Positions 60,101 to 64,000 of a DNA stretch of 64,000 bases are shown here, piece after piece (the stretch's first letter is position 1; each line of letters begins with the position of its first letter). Source of the stretch: Amoebophrya sp. A120. Taxonomy: Eukaryota > Protista > Dinoflagellata. A program made the translations under genes and the position numbers. Location: the NCBI GenBank assembly GCA_905178155.1, contig CAJINV010000019.1, forward strand, positions 976,913 through 1,040,912. The letters are read 5' to 3'. Under the pieces are notes generated by a model that was not told the origin of the DNA, ran no database searches, and saw only the letters and a program-made list of their open reading frames with translations.

Positions 60101-63100
60101 AAAATCCCCATCCTGACTCTGCTGTGGGTACGTTTTTACTCAGGATATGTCCGTCAAATGCTTCAAGTTGATCAAAATCCGCTTCGGAAGGGATTGGTGC
60201 TGGTGCGCTGCGGTGCCTGCTCCAGTTGCAGTTCCCGGCGGGAGCATGTTGTATTGCTCCTGTTGTGCAGCACTAGAATTGTTGTCCTTCGGGAGCTATC
60301 AAGTGCAAAAATTTCTGGGTCTGGAAGAGTGCATGTTTGTCATGCTTGTCTGGTATGACTCTTAAATCTGTCATGCACGTTGCCCAAGGGCTCCATTTTT
60401 CTGTGATGCAGAAACGCAGTTTGTCATGCAGAATAGGCAACACCTAGAAGCACAGAAACTTGTCATGCTGAGCCAGCATTTGTGGCCTCCTCATGATACG
60501 CCACACAGCATCACAAGTTTCCAGACCCAGACACTTTTACATTTGATAAGAGCTTTTCCAGCACCTTCTGTACCTTCGAGGCGTACTCGCTCGCCTTGTC
60601 GTGTTACAATGAAAAATGCCCCCACCCCAAGTTTCTGATGCAAGGTTTCCAAATGAAAACTTTTTGTCTTGCATGAACCGGACTGCGAGTCTTTGTGATG
60701 CAGAATCTAGGATAGGATAGTAAGGTATCTTTTACATGACAGGCCCGGCTGCTGCTGGGCTCTTGCGCAACACAAATTTGAGCTATTCAGCATGGCAAAT
60801 TTGGGGTGCTGATATATGCAAGACGGGGAATGTTTCTATTGGAAAGGTTTCCCATACGAATGCTGCCAAGTTCAGCGGTGGGGGCATTTTTCATTGTAAT
60901 ATGTCGAGATCCCCCTTTTTGCAGTACGCGTCCCGCAGACAGCTGTAGGCGCCGGCGATCAAGAAGTCGTTTTTGTTGCTGCTTTTCACGGACAAATCCA
61001 GCGACCGCTGGTACTCGTTAATGGCCTCCGTGACCATGTCCGCGCGCACGTAGACGTGGCCGAGTAGCGAGTGATACCACGCGGTGGTCCCGTGCACACG
61101 GCCAAACGCCGCTTTCGACAGCTCGACGCACTTCTTGGCGACGGAGAGAATTTCCGCCACGTCCGCGTGTACCGTTTGATACAAAGTGTCCAGCCGCTGG
61201 CGCCAGAAATCTAACAGCAGCGGGTGGTCCTCCCCGAAGTTGTACTCGATGTGCTTTGCAATGTCTTCGAAGGAGAGGTCAAACTGCGCGTCCGAGGGGT
61301 CCGGTAGTTGGACCACGGAATTCTTGGTCGTCCCGCTTTTCCGTTGCTTTGCCGTGACGATCCCGGTGTCGAACAGGCGGTGCTGGTACGCCTGGCTTGC
61401 GAACGTGAGCCAAAGGTTTGGGTCGTCCTCGAACAGCTGCAAGGCGAATTTCGAGGCGGCCTTGGCCTCCTGGAGATTGCTGTCGTTGGCCGCGTTGTTG
61501 ATATTTGTGATGCCAAACTGCTGCTGAAAGGTGGCGGTGCTGCTTTCCGACACTAGATGGTCGATGTACAGGCGCAGGGCCTGGTCCAGACCGTATTCCG
61601 AACCAGATTTGTCGATCAGGTAGCCGTTGTTCTGCTGCAATCTCCGACAAGTTGTGGTCAGTAAATGCTCCGCAGGGTTCATCTTGGTCGTCGACGCGGA
61701 CATGTTGCTGCTCGTGGCAAAGTTGTTCGGGTACGCGGACTCAGCCGGATCCAGGGTCGCACCTGGATAGAAGTTGCAGTACTAAGCTTGACTTTGTCAC
61801 TTGCACTTCTGCCTTGCTCTGGTTACTTATCCTGCTCGACTGTTTCATCTAAATATCTCCCTTGTCATGCTGCAACCGGGCCCATCTGTCAACAGGCGTC
61901 AAAAAAAGCGTTCCCTGCGGGGATCGAACCCGCGCCCACCCTCGAGAGTTTTCGATGAGGTGCCGCGCAGAGCGCCGGCGCTTCTAAATGTGATGAAGGC
62001 GCTCTACCACTGAGCTAAGGGAACCTGATCTGACTACGTTGAGCAGAATTCCCGGCAGGTGGTCAGAATAGCCATGCTAAACACTGGGCTTCGGGCAAAA
62101 CAAGGAGAAAGCCAAGCCACGTCAGCGCACCTCGTCCATCATGCGGCGCAGGTGGCCGGTATTTTGTTCATCGATAACTACAAAGAAGACCATCTATCAG
62201 CAGATGTCTTCGATTACCGCAGGCATATTCTACCAGGAGGCGCAGCGCACACTTTGCGCCCCAACTAGACGGCGGCCACCCGCGATCCTTCAAAAAAAGC
62301 GCGTTCCAGGATTCGAGCCTGGATCTCTCAGTCACTGCCCGGGGTCAGTCTTCTCGTTGCGACCTGCTCTCGCTACCAGCGAGCTCCTTCGCCCTGGGTG
62401 CGGCGTCTCCGCGGCTGGTCGATGAATGCGAGAGCTCGTCCTGCGTGCCGCACTATCCTGCATCAGCTCGGCCTGGTTTTTGTGTCTTTACTCATGCGGG
62501 TACTAGCTGTAGTAGATCCACTGATCGTTCCAGCATTTCGCCCTGAGCCTCGGCAGCAACCCGGCGAGCAGTTGCCTTGGCTTGCGGACACTTCTGACAT
62601 CGTCCTGCAGACTCATCGCACCAACACCACGTCTTGACTGCCCGACCCAGGGAGCACAGGTTCGACCGAGCGCATTACCAATTATGCTAGCCGCGCAATT
62701 GAAATAGTTCATCAAGTCAAAACCCGGGTCACCAGAATACCTTTGCTAAATACCGTATAAAATATTAGTCACGAGGAATTCAAATATATACCAATTGTCG
62801 ACGTCGCATTCGAGCTGCCGGTAATCGCGTCCTGCTTCATATCAAATGTAAAAATGTCTGGGTCTGGAAACTTGTGATGCTGGGTGGCGTCTCATGATGA
62901 GGCCACAAATGCTGGCTCAGCATGACAAGTTTCTGAGCTTCTAGGTGTTGCCTATTCTGCATGACAAACTACCTTCCTGCACCACAGAAAAATGGAGCTC
63001 TTGGGTAACGTGCATGACAGATTTAAGACTCATGCCAGACAAGCATGACAAACCTGGCAATCTCCCAGACCCAGACATTTTTACAATCCATACTTCAAAC

Positions 63101-64000
63101 CCGTTAACGACTTCTGCCCCGCACCCCCACCGCCTTGCTCTTGCCCCGCCGATGCGGAAAAGCCACTGACCGCCCCGTTTCCGCAAAGCCACGGCTTCGC
63201 GAGCTTCTGCTCGTGCTCGACGAATTTCACGAAGTCTTTTGTGGTCCACCGCTCCTTGTTCAGCATCGAATGCGAACACTTCCGATAGCACAGCGTCTTC
63301 ACGGTCGGAACAAAGTCCACGAACAGCCCTACTTTCCGCCACTCCTTCCTCAACGTTATCCAGTGTTTGCAAAAGAATTTGGTTTCGCCCATGCGATTAT
63401 CAAGTTATTACGTACTCATACTCAACATGATGCTTTTTTTCAGCCTGGCATACAGATGTTGAGAGATCCCGTTTCTATACCTGATTCAGCATGAGAAGTT
63501 CTTACATTTTTCCCTGCATAAACGTCGGGTAGAGTTGGTTTTCCGTGTCGATGTGCACGCCACAGTGGTGGGCCATGGACTGCAGGAGAATCGGAGCGTG
63601 AATCGACGTAGAAAAGTCAACGCCAACAACGTCGGACTCTTGGAAGGTGTAGTGGGCCTGATAAATAATGAGAAAATCGTTTTGATAATTCTTGATTTGG
63701 TACCGCATCTGCGACGAGAGTGATTAACTTCATGCACAAAGACAAACAAGTACCCACGACTACCTACGAAAAATACACTCGAATTTATTTCATCTACTTC
63801 ATCATGTTGCAGATCAGTATGTACCTGCAGCCACTCCCTGATACTGGTCCAGACCTTCGATTCGTATTGCATCACTGTTGAGAACCAGGTCGAGGCGTAG
63901 GCTATCACGTGCAAATATGTCTGGGTCATCTGGGAGGTTGCAACACTTGTAATGGTGCTCCGCTGACAGAAGAGAGAGATTTGTAGTCATGCATGTTGTG
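57127..64000 (-). CDS. Large TPR-repeat protein (CLU/kinesin-light-chain-like TPRs), 5'-truncated by the window edge
   Basis: FGEDHP, FGRVHGTTAWYHSLLGHVY..AINEYQRSLDL. In-frame GT-AG intron at 61763-62791 and 11 introners. The stop position is tentative. Confidence 0.6.
57242..57504. mobile_element. Introner family A
   Basis: DR ACGAC. Confidence 0.85.
57571..57833. mobile_element. Introner family A
   Basis: DR AGACG. Confidence 0.85.
58060..58269. mobile_element. Introner family D
   Basis: DR TAGTT/TAGTA. Confidence 0.8.
58956..59164. mobile_element. Introner family D
   Basis: DR CAAGT/CAGGT. Confidence 0.8.
59199..59475. mobile_element. Introner family B
   Basis: DR ACTGA/GCTGA. Confidence 0.8.
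59647..59792. mobile_element. Introner family C
   Basis: TIR; weak DR. Confidence 0.75.
59869..60147. mobile_element. Introner family B
   Basis: Perfect TIR TATCCTGAGTAAAAACGTACCCAC; DR TGTCC. Confidence 0.9.
60297..60548. mobile_element. Introner family A, inverted copy of the 54865 type
   Basis: DR GGAGC/AGAGC. Confidence 0.85.
60602..60901. mobile_element. Introner (E-related)
   Basis: TIR TTACAATGAAAAATGCCCCCACC; DR TGTCG. Confidence 0.85.
61909..62024 (-). tRNA. Intron-containing tRNA-Val(CAC)-like gene, 44-nt intron at 61945-61988
   Basis: Acceptor stem GTTCCCT/AGGGAAC, D-arm GCTC-AGTGGTA-GAGC, anticodon stem CCTTC/GAGGG, T-arm GCGGG-TTCGATC-CCCGC, downstream T7 Pol III terminator. 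A32 and G73 are atypical. Confidence 0.75.
62299..62394 (-). pseudogene. Degenerate tRNA-like sequence
   Basis: T-arm CCAGG-CTCGAAT-CCTGG, A-box-like AGCTCGCTGG and a T7 terminator. The acceptor stem pairs poorly. Confidence 0.4.
62840..63092. mobile_element. Introner family A
   Basis: DR CTTCA; near-copy of 54865-55120. Confidence 0.85.
63903..64000. mobile_element. Introner family A (truncated by window edge)
   Basis: Left end TATCACGTGCAAATATGTCTGGG. Confidence 0.7.

Noticed and set aside
4070-63169. Many short ORFs containing CHA, VWVWK or FQTQT peptides, read as a repeated protein family
   Set aside because: These are translations of the introner motifs TGTCATGC and GTCTGGGTCTGGAA, not proteins.
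3272-64000. Recurrent repeats interpreted as a CRISPR array or bacterial REP elements
   Set aside because: The repeats are dispersed, TIR-bounded and lie within eukaryotic exons. There is no regular repeat-spacer period and no cas genes.

Overview
Eukaryotic genomic DNA, most consistent with a parasitic dinoflagellate of the Amoebophrya (Syndiniales) type. This is inferred from the gene architecture, not from a marker gene. Every recognisable host gene is on the minus strand. Coding exons are interrupted by about 58 non-canonical introner-like elements of 130-330 bp. These have TAT...ATA termini, terminal inverted repeats and 5-bp flanking direct repeats, and fall into at least 6 families. 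Removing an element plus one direct repeat restores the reading frame at most junctions checked. Reconstructed host genes: two tandem 6TM voltage-gated cation channel domains, a SNAP-25-like SNARE, an ankyrin-repeat protein, an M14 cytosolic carboxypeptidase-like protein, a nucleotide-sugar transporter, a PX/START-like protein and a TPR protein whose intron holds tRNA-like genes. The most unusual object is a ~9 kb GC-rich element inside a GT-AG intron of the ankyrin gene. It encodes one 1.4k-aa ORF that fuses a plasmid RepB'-type primase domain to a retroviral-type integrase, with no visible RT. Other nested insertions are a Helitron-like element and a MITE, each inside an introner, and a 2.7 kb segment bounded by 47-bp direct repeats. 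All calls were made by eye.
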